In this document: positions 25,258 to 38,211 of the stretch, piece by piece | How the letters are laid out: each line of letters starts with the position of its first letter | How positions within the stretch are numbered: position 1 is the first letter of the stretch | From: Felis catus | Taxonomy: Eukaryota | NCBI RefSeq assembly: GCF_018350175.1 | Contig: NC_058368.1 | Location: 208,012,001-208,076,000 of the forward strand | Length of the DNA stretch: 64,000 nucleotides | Direction: 5' to 3' | Made by a program: the position numbers and the translations under genes | The notes under the pieces: model-generated | The model's database searches: none | What the model was told of the DNA's origin: nothing | The model's input: the letters and a program-made list of their open reading frames with translations, nothing else

Positions 25258-25482
25258 TTTTTTTTTTAAATTTTTTTTTCAACGTTTATTTATTTTTGGG
25301 ACAGAGAGAGACAGAGCATGAATGGGGGAAGGGCAGAGAGAGAGGGAGACACAGAATCGGAAACAGGCTCCAGGCTCTGAGCCATCAGCCCAGAGCCCGA
25401 CGCGGGGCTCGAACTCACAGACCGCAAGATCGTGACCTGGCTGAAGTCGGACACTTAACCGACTGCGCCACCCAGGCGCCCC
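25258..25482 (-). mobile_element. Young CanSINE (SINEC_Fc-like), no visible TSD
   Basis: Reverse of the near-consensus body ending ...gactgcgccacccaggcgcccc. Confidence 0.98.
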
Positions 25483-28400
25483 TTAAGAAGACATATACAG
25501 TCTTCGCAGTCATTACACAGAGTAGCCAAAGCAATCTTTTTCAGATGTCACTCTCCTGCCTTCTAGTAGCTCCTAGGTAAGATAAAAATGTGTGTTCATG
25601 TGTTTTCAGAGAGTGGTTTAGTCTTCCTTTCCTAATGCAGCCTTGTTCTCTTGTGGTTGGAGGAGAGAGAATAGGTGAAAGTTGTCGAGGCTGTTCCATA
25701 GGGACAGAAGGAAGACTTTATCCCAGGGATGCCGGGAGGATGGCCAGTATGCAGGGCATTTCATGACATTCCAAACATCCCATGTATCCAGTAAGGGGTG
25801 GGAGTAGTCCCTCCACAGGCAAAGACTTGAACTCTCCAAGGAGAGACCACCCCCTTATACCTGGCTCTTGCCATGGTAAACAGTCTAACCTGCAAAGCTG
25901 ATGAAGCTTTGTGTTAATACATCTTTGACTCAGGCATATTTAGTGTCTTGTACCTGCTGTTGGAGGTTTTGCCGAGCTAGGTTTGTAACGAGGTGCTGTT
26001 TAAGTGAGAACCTCCTGCTGGGGAGAGCCCCCAAACCCACAGACAGGACTGTGGCAAGAGCCACAGTTCTTAGACTAGACAATAAAAGCAAGCCAAAAAA
26101 AAAAAAAATGATTACTTTGAGTTACTGTCTGCTTTTGCTAGGAGTCTCCCCACCATGACTCTTAGAAAAACTTCAGAGCCACCAAAGAGAAATAATGATA
26201 ATTTTGCCCATAATGAGAGCTTGCAGACAAAATCTTGTGACAAATCAACACCATCCTCCCACATAGACCTATACACTTCCTCCTAGAAGAAAGAGGACCG
26301 TTTTTTTCCTGGGAAAAGTAGACAGCAGATCTGAAAAGAGACCACTTAAAAAAAAAAATAGAAAAAAATCTTTCCCACTTGTCGGCAATAGGTAGAACTC
26401 ACTGTTTTCTTTAAATCTGTATCTCCTCAGATAAAAACCTCTTAGTTCAATCTTCTCTTTTAAGGTGAACCAGTTTGGAGAGGGAAGAAGTCGAATTCAT
26501 TTTTACAAAATTCAACTCGATTCCTTTTCATTTTATTCTCTTCCTTTCAGTACAGTTTGATAAGCATTAAGGACCTGCCATAGGCCAGGGAACTGGGTGG
26601 GTCCTGGGAGACAGAAATGCAAGAAATTGGCTTGTCTTTCTGTTCTTCTGGATCCAGAGTGCAGATGGGCATCACTGGGCCAAGGGGCGCTCCTTTTGGT
26701 GGCAGGATGGGATCAGAGAAGACAAAAGGGCCATAGAGAACCAGGGTCAAAAATTGGATTATACTTTGGTGGTGAGGCTGAAGGAACTATCAGCTAAGGG
26801 AGCCTGAAGACTTACCTCTAAGCAGACCATCCGGATGCAACTCCATACATGTCGTATCACAGACACAACAGGATGTGGGAGTTAAGAATCCCTTTCATTT
26901 CCTTCCCTTCAGCTTTAACATCCACCAAGTTACTGCCTTGATTTTTCAGATGAAAACACTAAGCCTCAGTCACGACTCACCCACGGTTCTGAAATTGCAG
27001 TATGGCCAAGATGGGACATTGAACCCCTTACCTCCTGTCTCCCAATCTATCATTCTTCCTGCCCCATCCCCCTCTACGGACACCTCGCATTCACAGAACA
27101 TTTTGCTCCACTAAAAGTATTGTGTTACATCGTCCTATGTGCACTTCATTTATACTTTACTGAAATTCCCACCTGGGGCAAAGTAGTCTTTGAGAACTGT
27201 GGCTTCTATTGTTGTTCTGTTACTATTTAGGTGTCTCAGAGAAAGCCTTAGTTTTCTCAGCTGTAAAAGTTGGGTCCGGACAAGGAGAAAGGTCTAGCAT
27301 TGCTTTAGTTTCAGCATTTTGTGATGCTGAAATCTGTTACTCTATTCGTTCACACTCCATTTCTTTCGGGGTTTTTTGTTTGTTTTTTGTTGTAGGGTTT
27401 TTTCTTTCTTTTTTTTTTTTTTTTTAGCCGTCACAAAAGTCACATATTGAGAAACGGCGTCCATTGTTCATGCCAGATTCATTACAGTTTGAAAACTCTG
27501 GAGGCAGAAAATGAACTTTGATATTTTTGCAAATGTAAAAATTCTTTCAGCCATGCCAAATTAACTCAAAACATCTGAATAGTTTGCCTCCAGGTATCAT
27601 AAAATTTTCTCTTTTAGACTTGGAATTCTATTTCAGAAAAGTTCTATTTTCATAGATGTTGTAGTAAAAGAGTGAAAAATTGCTGAGAACCCGGTAGGAT
27701 GATATTTGCCGTGTGGGCTGAGAGCCAACTATTGTTCTTACTGACTCTCAGTAGAGAAGGGAGAAGTATTTTCTAACTATCCCTGGAATCTCTCAGTCAG
27801 CTTGGAATTTAAGGGATTTTCCTGATGTGTTTTGTGGAGGTCATTTAATGCAGAGGGGCCCAGGTGAAAATTCTTAACCCTATAGTGGAAGATAGAAGAC
27901 TGGTTTGGGATGGGAATCCCACTTCGTTGTAATCAATCAGCTGGTGGCTCTGTGAGCAGTCACCTTGCCCAGCCTCAGCTCTGTCTGGCACCATGGATGA
28001 CACAAAAGCAGTTGAAGACCTGGTCTGCCCTGAGTTAGCTTGAGAGTGACTGACTCCGAGCTAGGTTCCCAGGCTCAACTCCAGCCATTGATCTCCTAAA
28101 GTCTCTGCAGGTGGCAGACAGAATCTATGTTTCGCTGAGTGTCCAAGTGATACTTACACATGCTGTAGATCGACAGCTACTGCCGTGCAGTCTTCTGAAG
28201 GACACAAGATTTATACGCACACAGAAAACCGTCATCACCACAAAGTCCCATACCTCATGAGACGAATTATAAGCAGCAATAGGGTGACCAGTTCCTGTGG
28301 AGTCCGTGGGTGGCTGGAGAGGTGGAGAAAAGACCCCCGAGGACCCTTTCCCCAGTGAGAAGCTGTAAGGAAGGTGGGACAAAAGGTAAAGTGCAGGCTG

Positions 28401-30128
28401 ACCACAGCCTGAAATATGGACGTGCTGGTTGGATGGAGGCAGGGCCACACATGGGCGCCGCAGGACCCAAGCTCGGCCTTGAGAGAGACAGAGAATGTGG
28501 CCAGCTCACATTTGATTGAGCAGGTATTCAGCTTTTTAAAAACTGTGCTATCTTATAGGCGGTGGCAGATATAGGAAAGCCGTGCTTTTCAGTAGCTGCC
28601 TCACGGACCTTACACACTAGTGGACAGGGAAGGAGGGTAATGCTTTAGGAAAGCAATCTTTTTTCGCACAGTGAGAGGAGAATAACAAAGGAGACAACTA
28701 CAGGTGCCAAGCAGTGATCTGTAAGGCCCAAGGAAGGGCCCTGTCCCTCAGAGTTTCAGGTTTGGAAGCCAGTGAGAACATGAGGGGCTCACATGGGGGA
28801 AGGCGAGGGGGACCGGAGCCAAACCTTGGGGGTTAGGAGGACAGTACGGAAAATAAACAGGAAGGAGAGAGGAGTAAGAGGGCTCCCTCCTGGGGACCAA
28901 AGGCCAGGAGAGAAGGCAAGGGTCCAGAACGGGCATGAGGTTCTCTTCCCACAGTTGGGCTGTGGGTTAGAACTCTGAGTCCCGCCATCTTCCACACAGA
29001 ACACCGTCTTCCAAGAACTGCAGCCCTTGCTCTGGGCGGGGCGGGCAGAGAGATGCTGTGTTCTGTGGAGAGAGCCAAACCTTGCAGCCTGGGAGGCGGG
29101 ACCGGCCCCAGCCTCAGTTTGCACAGAGCCCGCTTTGGGGGCGGGTGGCTGTGACACCGAGCAGCCCGCTGGCTGCTCACAAGCTTTCCTTCACCAGTTC
29201 CAATGATGGATTCATGTATCGTTTATCTCTGGCTCTTAGTATGCAAAAGGGAGCCAAAATGTTAATTAACACAAGAGGTTAAGCAGTTGTTTGACCTCCT
29301 AGCTCTGCAGAGGGGGGAAGAGGAGATGGAAGGCAATGTGATCTCTGCTGGCCTTTGTTTATAGGAAGTGCCTTCCACTCGTTGAGCTCCAGCCTTGACT
29401 GTAAAAGACACGAAGGGTGTGACTATCAGGCTGGCGGTAAATGGGAACACATTGTGGCTTTGTCTGGGCCTGTGGGGAGTTTTGGGTAAATTTTTTTTCC
29501 CCTTTCAACCACCCCCCACCCCTATAAAAATATCTGGGGATTCAGTGATGCTGACTCTACATTTCTCACCTCGAGCCCACACTTTCTCTTCCTTGAATGT
29601 ATGTGTGGTCATGATTCTTCCCTCATCAGCCACAGGCAGTTTCTCAGTAGCCCTTGTTGCCCGAGTGGTCCCATTCCTGCTCACTGGACACAGACCAGAT
29701 GGTGTCTAAACAAGTCAGCGCTATTGCACGCAGGCTGTGCTTCGCTCTGGAAAATGAATGAGAGTCGGGGAATGTTGGTTCCTGGAAGCCCACAGGGATT
29801 CCTCAAGCCAGCAGGGCCTGTTTATTTTGTTATTTAAAAAAATTTATTTTTCACTGAAAAGGGGACACTGCTTATGCTCAGAGGCTCAGTAATTCTTTCA
29901 AGTCAATAGAGCTAAGCCGTGCTAGAACGGAGAGGCTCAGCAAACCCCGGGCCCTCGCCCGGTGCCTGGCAATGGCGGGAGCGCTTACCATTATCACCAG
30001 TAGGGCCCACCTGGTGGTGTTACCTGCAGACCGGGGTGGCATTATGGGCTACTGACTTCAAGCTTCCATTTGTAGGGACTTTAAAAAGTAAGTCTTTTAA
30101 GTCTCTTCTTTAGGTTTAGCTAAAACTT

Positions 30129-30308
30129 GGGGCGCCTGGGTGGCTCAGTCGGTTGAGCGTCCGACTTCGGCTCAGGTCATGATCTCGCAGTTTGTGGGTT
30201 CAAGCCCCATGTCAGGCTCTGTGCTGACAGCTCAGAGCCTGGAGCCTGCTTCGGATTCTGTGTCTCCCTGTCTCTCTGCCCCTCCCCCGCTCATGCTCTG
30301 TCTCTCTG

Positions 30309-30344
<36 letters not shown>

Positions 30345-30382
30345 TGTCAAAAATAAATAAACATTGAAAATTTAAAAAAAAA
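30129..30382 (+). mobile_element. CanSINE
   Basis: Full head, CT tract, tail. TSD tttag(g/a)ttta(g/c)ctaaaact at 30109-30127 and 30383-30401. Confidence 0.97.
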
Positions 30383-30639
30383 TTTAGATTTACCTAAAAC
30401 TGGCTCTGGTTAGCATCAGTTTGGGGCCTTGTCACCAAGCTCACAAGGCAGCTTGGAGGAATTGCTGCCCTCAGTAGACACAAACGTCCCTCCTAACCAC
30501 ACCCAGCAGCTTCCTCCACCACTCATCCCCAGAGCCCAGGCCTGTGGTTCGGCCCAACCCGTCACCTGGCTCTATTGGACACACGCACGAGGGTTCCAGA
30601 GGACCCAGCTTGCGAGCTTCTTGGAGCAGCTTAATGTAG

Positions 30640-30840
30640 GGTTAAAAGCTAGATTGGCTACTTACTGGCTCTATGACTTGGGTCATTTAGCCTCTCTGTG
30701 CCTCAGCTTCCCATTTGTCTAGTGGGAACAATAAAAATCCTCAATTCATACAGTTACGAACGGTAAATGAGTTGATATTTGCATAGTGTTAGAATGGCGC
30801 TTGGTATACTGTAAGTGCCACATAAGTGCTGGCTCAATAA
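30640..30840 (+). mobile_element. MIR
   Basis: ctacttactggctctatgacttgggtcatttagcctctctgtgcctcagcttcccatttgt...taaatgagttgata...gtaagtg. Confidence 0.8.
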
Positions 30841-31782
30841 GTAAAAAGCTTGGCTCCTAAGCCGGGCTCAGCCAGCTGCTGGGGATGAAGGTATGGGTAG
30901 CATCACAGCCTTCCAGTGGGCCCTGACCCGGAGAGCCACCACTGAACCCATCAAGCAAATCGGCCACCATTATTGTCAATGAACAGAAGCCACTCTCAAA
31001 TTGGCAGTATTTGCTGCCGTAAAAATTTGTGTATGCTTTGAGAATTAGAGAAACCATTGCTATACTGGAAAATCCAGGATAGGTATGGATGCCTTTGAGG
31101 ATGGGCACGTGACTGGCCTGGCTGATGAAGACCTGCTTTATAGAAAGAATCACAAACTGGTCGTGATGGAACAGATCTTAGTAATCCATTGACACAGCCT
31201 CCTCATCAATATCCAGCCCTCTGCTTCTAGATCAGGAAACCAAGGTCCAGAGAGAGCAACTTATTTGCCTAGAGTCACACAGCTAATATGGCAGGTCGCC
31301 CAACCTTCTGAGTTGTTTTTTATTTGTTTGTTCGTTTTTCCTGTCCGAATTGAAGATCTAGCATCCTGGCCCTTGGAAAGTGGGCCGAGGCTGCTTGTTG
31401 CCCTGGTTTTGTGCTTATTTTGGACCCAGTTATGAAAGCTTTAATGGATAATGGGATTCCCCTGGACATTAGAGCTCTTGTTTATTCCTGAAGGACTGAT
31501 GACACCTGACAGAGGGAGAAGAGTTCTGGATCTTTCCACCCCACCTCAAATCCTGCTGCTCATGGGTATGAAGGTGGCCCACTCTACTCTCAGGGGGACC
31601 TTAGCAAACCAAACACAAATTCCAAAGGCATCCTTCATCCTTGGTGGCTCCAAGCCTAAGGATAGGCCCAGAGACCTCTCAGACCCCCTAGTCCTAGGGT
31701 CAAGTGCTTCAAGATAGAGATGAATTTACAAACTGTTATTTTTTATTTGCCAAAGACACCCCACTGACAAACAGACAGACAG

Positions 31783-31814
31783 ACACACACACACACACAC
31801 ACACATACACACAC
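31783..31814. repeat. (AC)n microsatellite
   Basis: acacac... run with one interruption, preceded by (AGAC)n. Confidence 0.9.
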
Positions 31815-31964
31815 GTTTTAAAAATAGTGATAGTGATGGTGGGGGAGGAACATAAGAACCTACGCAGCATGCAAATGCTGCAAGAAAGACTCATGTTTTC
31901 TAATCTAGTTGGAGCCAAAGAGCCCCTGATAACGACTGCTAATGTTAATGTTCATTATGAACTA

Positions 31965-32075
31965 AGTAGTCCTATTATCCCTGCTCCATGAGGAAATCAG
32001 GGCTCAGAGATGTTAAACAACTTGTCCATGATTACACAACTAGAAAGTGGCAGGGCAGAGCATCCAAGTGGAGGC
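31965..32075 (-). mobile_element. MIR fragment
   Basis: tattatcc..atgaggaaatcagggctcagagatgttaaacaacttgtcc..cacaactagaaagtggcag. Confidence 0.75.
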
Positions 32076-32656
32076 TGATGCCCCAGACAGGACATGTGAT
32101 CCCCATGCTGTACTCTCTCTGCAGACATATGGCAGTAAGTGGACTACACGAAATCTCAGTGAACATGCAGAGAAGACACTGGAGACAATTCCCATCAGTT
32201 CAGACTGAGATGTGTAAGGCAGAAGCATTTTAAAGAAAGCAAAAGGGAAAAGAAGGTCCCAATTAGAATCCAAATGGATAGGAAGCACAAGGCAAAAGCA
32301 GAGTGGGAAAAGCCCAGACAACAGAGAGACACTTAGCAAGGTGAGAGGACAAGAAAAGTAGAGGAGAAATGCCCTCTGCAACCCAAACCCACTACATCAA
32401 ATAGCCTGGGAACCAGTTTTTAATCTTCATTAGTTAGAGCTGGCTGCAGCCTACTGTTTGCACAGTGTGTGGATTGAAATATTTTATGGATATTTATTGC
32501 TTTATGGATACAATAAAATAAATGTGATTAAGGGCGCAATGACACTTGAGTTCTGGTGAAGGAGGCTGGAATATTGGAGCCAGGGCTTTATCTGCACAAG
32601 GCTTTTTTAATGTTTCCCATTCTTCCGTTGAGAAGACAACATAAGAATGGATGGAA

Positions 32657-32869
32657 GGAGCGCCTGGGTGGCTCGGTCGGTTAAACGTCCAACTCTTGAT
32701 TTCAGCTCAGGTCATGATCCCTGGGTCTTAGGATAGACCCCACCCCCCACCCCCCACCATGGACTCGGTGCTGAACATGGAACCTGCTCTCTCTCTCTGC
32801 CCTTCCCCCACTGGTGTGCATGTGCTCTCTCTCTTGCTCTCTCTCGCTCAAAAAAATAAAAAAAAGAAA
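32657..32869 (+). mobile_element. CanSINE (older, with C-rich interior)
   Basis: ggagcgcctgggtggctcggtcggttaa head. TSD aagaatggatgga at 32643-32655 and 32870-32882. Confidence 0.95.
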
Positions 32870-34084
32870 AAGAATGGATGGATGGGGTTAAGCAGTTTTA
32901 AAAAGTCAAGATCTAAAAAAAGAAACAATGGTGTTCCAGAGTGGGTGGGAGGCAGAAATGAAGAGGCATTAATGGCTCAAAATACAAAAGCAGGCTATGC
33001 TGGGTATGCCTGGCCTCTTAAAGGAAACAGATGTGGCATCTGAAGCATAGAGGAGAATGAGATGGAAGAAATCTTGAGCATGCTACGATATTATATTTCC
33101 AAAAAAGATTAGGGTAGAATGTTTCTTTCCCAGCAAAGGAAAGTTCTGGCAGAAGGAAATGTGAAGAATGTGGTTCTTACCTTGTGTTTCAAGGTAAGAT
33201 GAGGCCAAGGGTCCGCTGTGGATAGAAAAGGAGAAGTAAGAGATTCAGGGAATTAGCATTCACCCATGGAGGGAGTGGTGGTTTCCAGTAACTGTGGGCT
33301 ATAGGAGAAGAACCACTTTTACTGAGAAAAATGCAAATTGGATTATGCAAATATTGACCATCAAGAACTGTTCTGGGTGGTGGGGCTGGAGGAGGGAGCG
33401 GGAAGGGATAATGCTACAAAAATGAATAAGATAAATGCCTTATATCTTCATTAAGGATTTTATGCACCAGTGTCGGAGAGTGCTATCAACCCCTCACTGT
33501 GTGACATGATGCAGAGTGGGACAAATTTAAAATGCACTCACTAAAACAGGAGTCTGGACCTTAAGTAAAGGAGTGGTGGGAGTCAAAACATGCCGGGGGC
33601 GGGGGACTGGGGGGTGGGGATGCACAGAGAGTCAGGGAGGACTTCACAAAGTGGCAGTTCAGATGGATCCTGAAGAATGAAGATTGTGTGAAGGAAAGAA
33701 TTCCAGACTTCATCACATGCCTTCTTAGCAAAGACTTGAATGCCGGAGACCCCAGGGCATTTTGGTTCAGGTGAAAAGATGAAAGTCTGGATGGCTGTGT
33801 GTTTCTCAACCAGTTTTCTGCCTCCATCCCATTTATATCCGTGGTACAACAATCCCAAATGTCAACGGGCACCTGCCCTACTGAAGGGTCATATTGGAAT
33901 TGTAGGATTGTGGACTCTTGAGGAGGGAAATGGTAGGATCAGGGCTGGGAGATGAATTGACCACGATGGAGACTGAAGTCACGAAAATCAGCTTCGGAGT
34001 AATTATGGCTATCCAGGTAGAGACGATGAGGGCCTAAACTCACCATGCGTGTATAGAGGTAGAAATGACCAGGCTGCATTTATT

Positions 34085-35280
34085 TTTGCCTTCCTTGAAC
34101 ACCCACAACAGGCCAGACACTGTGTCTATTATTGGGGAGTACAAATATTGAACCCCAAGACCTACCACCCATTGCTTACAATCTGTGGGGCCAGTAACCC
34201 AGCACTAAACTATGTAGGGACCATGACAGAAGTAACGGAGGGACATTTAGAAGCACAGAGAAGAGGTGTTTAGTTGCATATGCTTTCAACAAAAGGCTTC
34301 TTGAGGTAAGTAGGCTTGAGCTAAGGCTTCAAAGATAAGGAAGAGCTCTCTAGGTGGAGGAGGAGGAGGCCAGGCAGGGGTGGGGAACATGAGAGAGCAT
34401 GTATAAAGAAGTGACAGCACGAAACGGCATGTGACATAAGAGGAGGAGCAAATATCTTGTGCAAAACTTGAAAATAGTTGCTGTATATTGAACCAGGTAC
34501 TATTTAGGAAACTAACATGTGTTACTGCATTTGATCATTGGGGTGTGCTTAGTGAGGGGTAGAAAGACAGCGGCCAAAGCCTGAACGAAGACTGTCCCGT
34601 CAAGGAGTTTGGACTTTAAATGGGAAAGTGCCGTAACTCAGATTTGTGTTTCAGAAAGATTATTTTGGTAGCAGAGTGAAAGATGGATAGAAGGGGCACA
34701 AATCAGGAAGGAGGCCAGCAAACTAGGCAAGAAAAAGAGCAGTCAGCATAAGCAGTCATGGGTCAGACCTGACAGAAGAAGGCACTTAGGAGGGGCCCAG
34801 GTTTCTGATCTGATGATTGTGGTTGATAACCCTGTGCAATTCACAGGGTTGGCGAGTGAGGTAAGACCGGTTTGGGGCCCAGGAGTATGGCCAGCTGGAA
34901 ATGGAAGATAATGGGTTCTGCTCTGTACCTACTGAGGAATTATCTGGGAGTGATTTCTAGGTAACAGGTGGATATGCAATCCTAGAGCTAAGTAGAGACA
35001 GAAGCCTCGGGAATTGGGAGTCATCCTCCTGTGTTGGTGGTTGAAGCCATGGGGGTGGATCAGCATCATGTGAAGGGAGAGGGCCAAAGACAAAACCCTG
35101 GGCAGCGCTCACATTTCAAGCATGGGTGGAGGAAGAGGTGACATAGACGGAGGTTAAGGAGGAGGAATATGAGAGGCTGGGGTAAACCAGGAGAAAGAGG
35201 TGCCTGGAAGAGAAATGGTGTTTCAAACAAGGGAGTGCTCAGTGTCTCCTGGATTAGGTAAGAACCTGGAGACAAAAGAG
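34085..35280 (-). mobile_element. L2 LINE fragments
   Basis: Purine-rich decayed L2 motifs: aaggcttcttgagg..gagctaagg, aaggagtttggacttt, agatttgtgtttcagaaagat, tgggagtcatc..tggtggttgaagccatggg. Confidence 0.65.
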
Positions 35281-35799
35281 AAGGCTGAGTGAGGACCTCC
35301 CATCTGTGAGACTTTAGCTAGCAGCTGCAAGGAAATGAAATATATTCATGTACAGCGAATACCATGTACCCGCAAAAGTAAGAACGAGAAAGAAGAGGAA
35401 GAGAGGTTAATGGCCCAGGAGATAAGGCACTATGGGATAGCCAGAAGAAAATGCTGTTAGAACAAGACAATACTCTAAAAGAATTGCCATAAAATACCAA
35501 ATGCACCATCAAGGTATTCCTATCCCCCTCCTGGAGGAAGTGGGGCTGGACAGGAGGTGGAGGAAGGCAGAATCAGAGCAAGAGTAACCACCACATTGCA
35601 GAATAAATAAATTATTGCAGAATAAATGGCGCAGTACTGAGATTAATGGGAATTTTGGAAGCCGATGCTTGAATGTAGTATCACTAATGGAAATGAAAAT
35701 GGGCTAAGACCACAATAAAACTTGGAGGTGTGTTATATAAATATTTGAAAGTGGGTATACCATCACCCCAGAAAAAAATGGGATACCTTTACTTTTCAA

Positions 35800-36520
35800 G
35801 AATAAATCATGGTGGCTAAAATGACCAAAAGAGAAACGATGATGATGTACTTCCTGAAGAGAGCACACAACACAATCAATAAAGTGTCTACAATAAAAAA
35901 AAAAAAATGGAACCTCAATCAGCTCCCACCTCTAAATTCAGCCTTCAGTTTACAGAAAAGAGGGGGCAGAGAAACGTCTTATACAATAGCATGGAAATAA
36001 AATTAGCAAAACCCAGACAGTGGGAAACTCTACAGGATAAATAACTCGTGTCTTCAACAAATAAATTGCAAAAAGAAAAGAAAAGAGGGAGGGGGCTGTT
36101 GATTATGCGCCTGGAAATGTGTCAACCAAATGCAAGGGGTGGAATTTTTAGACCCTGGTTTCAAAAAAGCAGCTATGAAAACAGTGTTATAAACATTTCA
36201 GGAAATTTTGAACCCCAGTGGGATATTTTATGGCATTTAAGGAATTATTTCAACTGTTTTTAGTTGTAATTTTTTAGAAATCTTATCATTTAGAGATATA
36301 GCCTGAAATATTTATGGGTGAAATGATAATAGCATCTGGGATTTGCTTCAAAATAATCCAGTGAGGGTAGGACAGAAATATGTGTGTGTTATAAATGAGG
36401 CAAGATTGACCCTAAGCTGATCATTGTTGAAACGGAATGTTGGGCTCATAAGGATTCAGTATACTACTCTCTGTATTTTGTGTATGCTTGAGAATTATCA
36501 TAATGAAAGGTTTAAAAAAA
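35800..36520 (+). mobile_element. Old L1 3' end (L1MC-like)
   Basis: tgggaaactctacagga..ttcaacaaataaattgca..tgaaatatttatgggtgaaatgat..tctgggatttgcttcaaaataat..cataat-aaag-tttaaaaaaa end. Confidence 0.85.
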
Positions 36521-37967
36521 AATCAAAGAATAAATGTTAACATACCCACGGCCTTTCAGAACTGTGAAAGGGCTCCAACTTGAAGTGTTATTATTTCAAA
36601 ATTGTCATTATTTCCTTTTGATGTTGAATCTCTACTGGTTTTTAATGTTCCTAATTAAAGAGCTTCCACCAATTCTTAGAAGTTAAAGATCGCTGCTGGC
36701 CACTGTCACACAATGAAACATGCAAGGGGAGGGGGGGTGGCGGTAGGGATGTAGGGGGGATGGGAAGGGGGGGTGGGGTGGAGTAGTGACATGCTCAGGC
36801 ATTTTAATGTGGTTGTTTTAGACACTACTTTTCTCCAGTTTGTCAGCACCCAAGGCTTCTGGGTGACAGCTAAAAGGGACAGCTAAGAGAAGCCAGAGAG
36901 GTCAGACTGACTCATTCAGGAAAGGTCGATTTTGGCTGTCTGCATTTCAACAGGGTCTCAATCAAGAAGGCATTTGCTGTAGAGAGGGGTCTGCCATTGG
37001 CTCCAGAGGGCAGAGATGAACTCAGAATCGGAGAGTTTCTTAAGTTACGGACAGGAAGCAATTTTTATGTAGGGAGATTGGAGTCTCCAGCTAGATGCTC
37101 AGAGAATGCTGAAAGCAATAGGACTTCAGAAAGGAAGGTCAAGAGGATAAACCCACATTACAACAAAAAAGAATAGCCCCAAGATGAGGGAGAAAGTCTC
37201 CACAAGTGATACAACAAGTTTGTCACCAACAGTTCAAGAACAGAGAGCTGGCAATTGCCCTCAGTCCTACCTCGTGCTGGATAAGGCCCCCAGGTATGAC
37301 AGATGGCCAGGAAGAGGACCAGTTTGCCTGCCAAAGGAAGCTGATAGCCATGGCAGAAGGCTGGGCATGCTTTACATAACGCCTTTCGCCTTATATATAA
37401 AATACACCAATTAGTGGCTTTTACTTTGGGTTATAATATATTTCCATCAGAGTTGAAGAGTCCTGGGGTAAAGTGAGAAATTAATCCACAAACCCATTTT
37501 AGAAACCACTGTGGCCTACAGTATGCTTCTGAGTGTTCCATTTGCTGGAGAATCGTATTGATCCCTGGGAGAAAGAGTAACGGAGTAATAAGGACTTGAA
37601 GATAAGCAGGAAGGGCTGGATGCTTATACTGACAGCTGGACACAATGGGGCATGTACGGAATGGACATACTGTTCTCTTGGCCAGCTCCCAAACAGGAAC
37701 GACAACTTATCCTGTAGCAGAAGAGAGGAAAGGTGCCAAGGCATCAAGCCGATTGTGGGGAGGAAAGCTTAGGAGTGTGACATGATGTAGAAAGTCCCAA
37801 ATGTCCAGCAGAACTTATTCCAAATCCCCCAAGAAGATAGCGGTTTGTAAAAGAGTAGACAGCCTAGTGGTCCGTTACAGGCACAGTAAGAAATCAGGAG
37901 AGTAAACCCACCATTTGAAGAGCCTAGGGAGAGTTGTAACACTGATGCATAAAACTTGATGCCTTCT

Positions 37968-38180
37968 GGGGCGCCTGGGTGGCGCAGTCGGTTAAGCGTC
38001 CGACTTCAGCCAGGTCACGATCTCGCGGTCCATGAGTTCGAGCCCCGTGTCAGGCTCTGGGCTGATGGCTCGGAGCCTGGAGCCTGCTTCCGATTCTGTG
38101 TCTCCCTCTCTCTCTGCCCCTCCCCCGTTCATGCTCTGTCTCTCTCTGTCCCAAAAATAAAATTAAAAAAAAAAAACGCT

Positions 38181-38209
<29 letters not shown>
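37968..38209 (+). mobile_element. Young CanSINE (SINEC_Fc-like)
   Basis: Near-consensus body, tail with (AAAAC)n. TSD aaaacttga(t/c)gccttct at 37951-37967 and 38210-38226. Confidence 0.98.
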
Positions 38210-38211
<2 letters not shown>

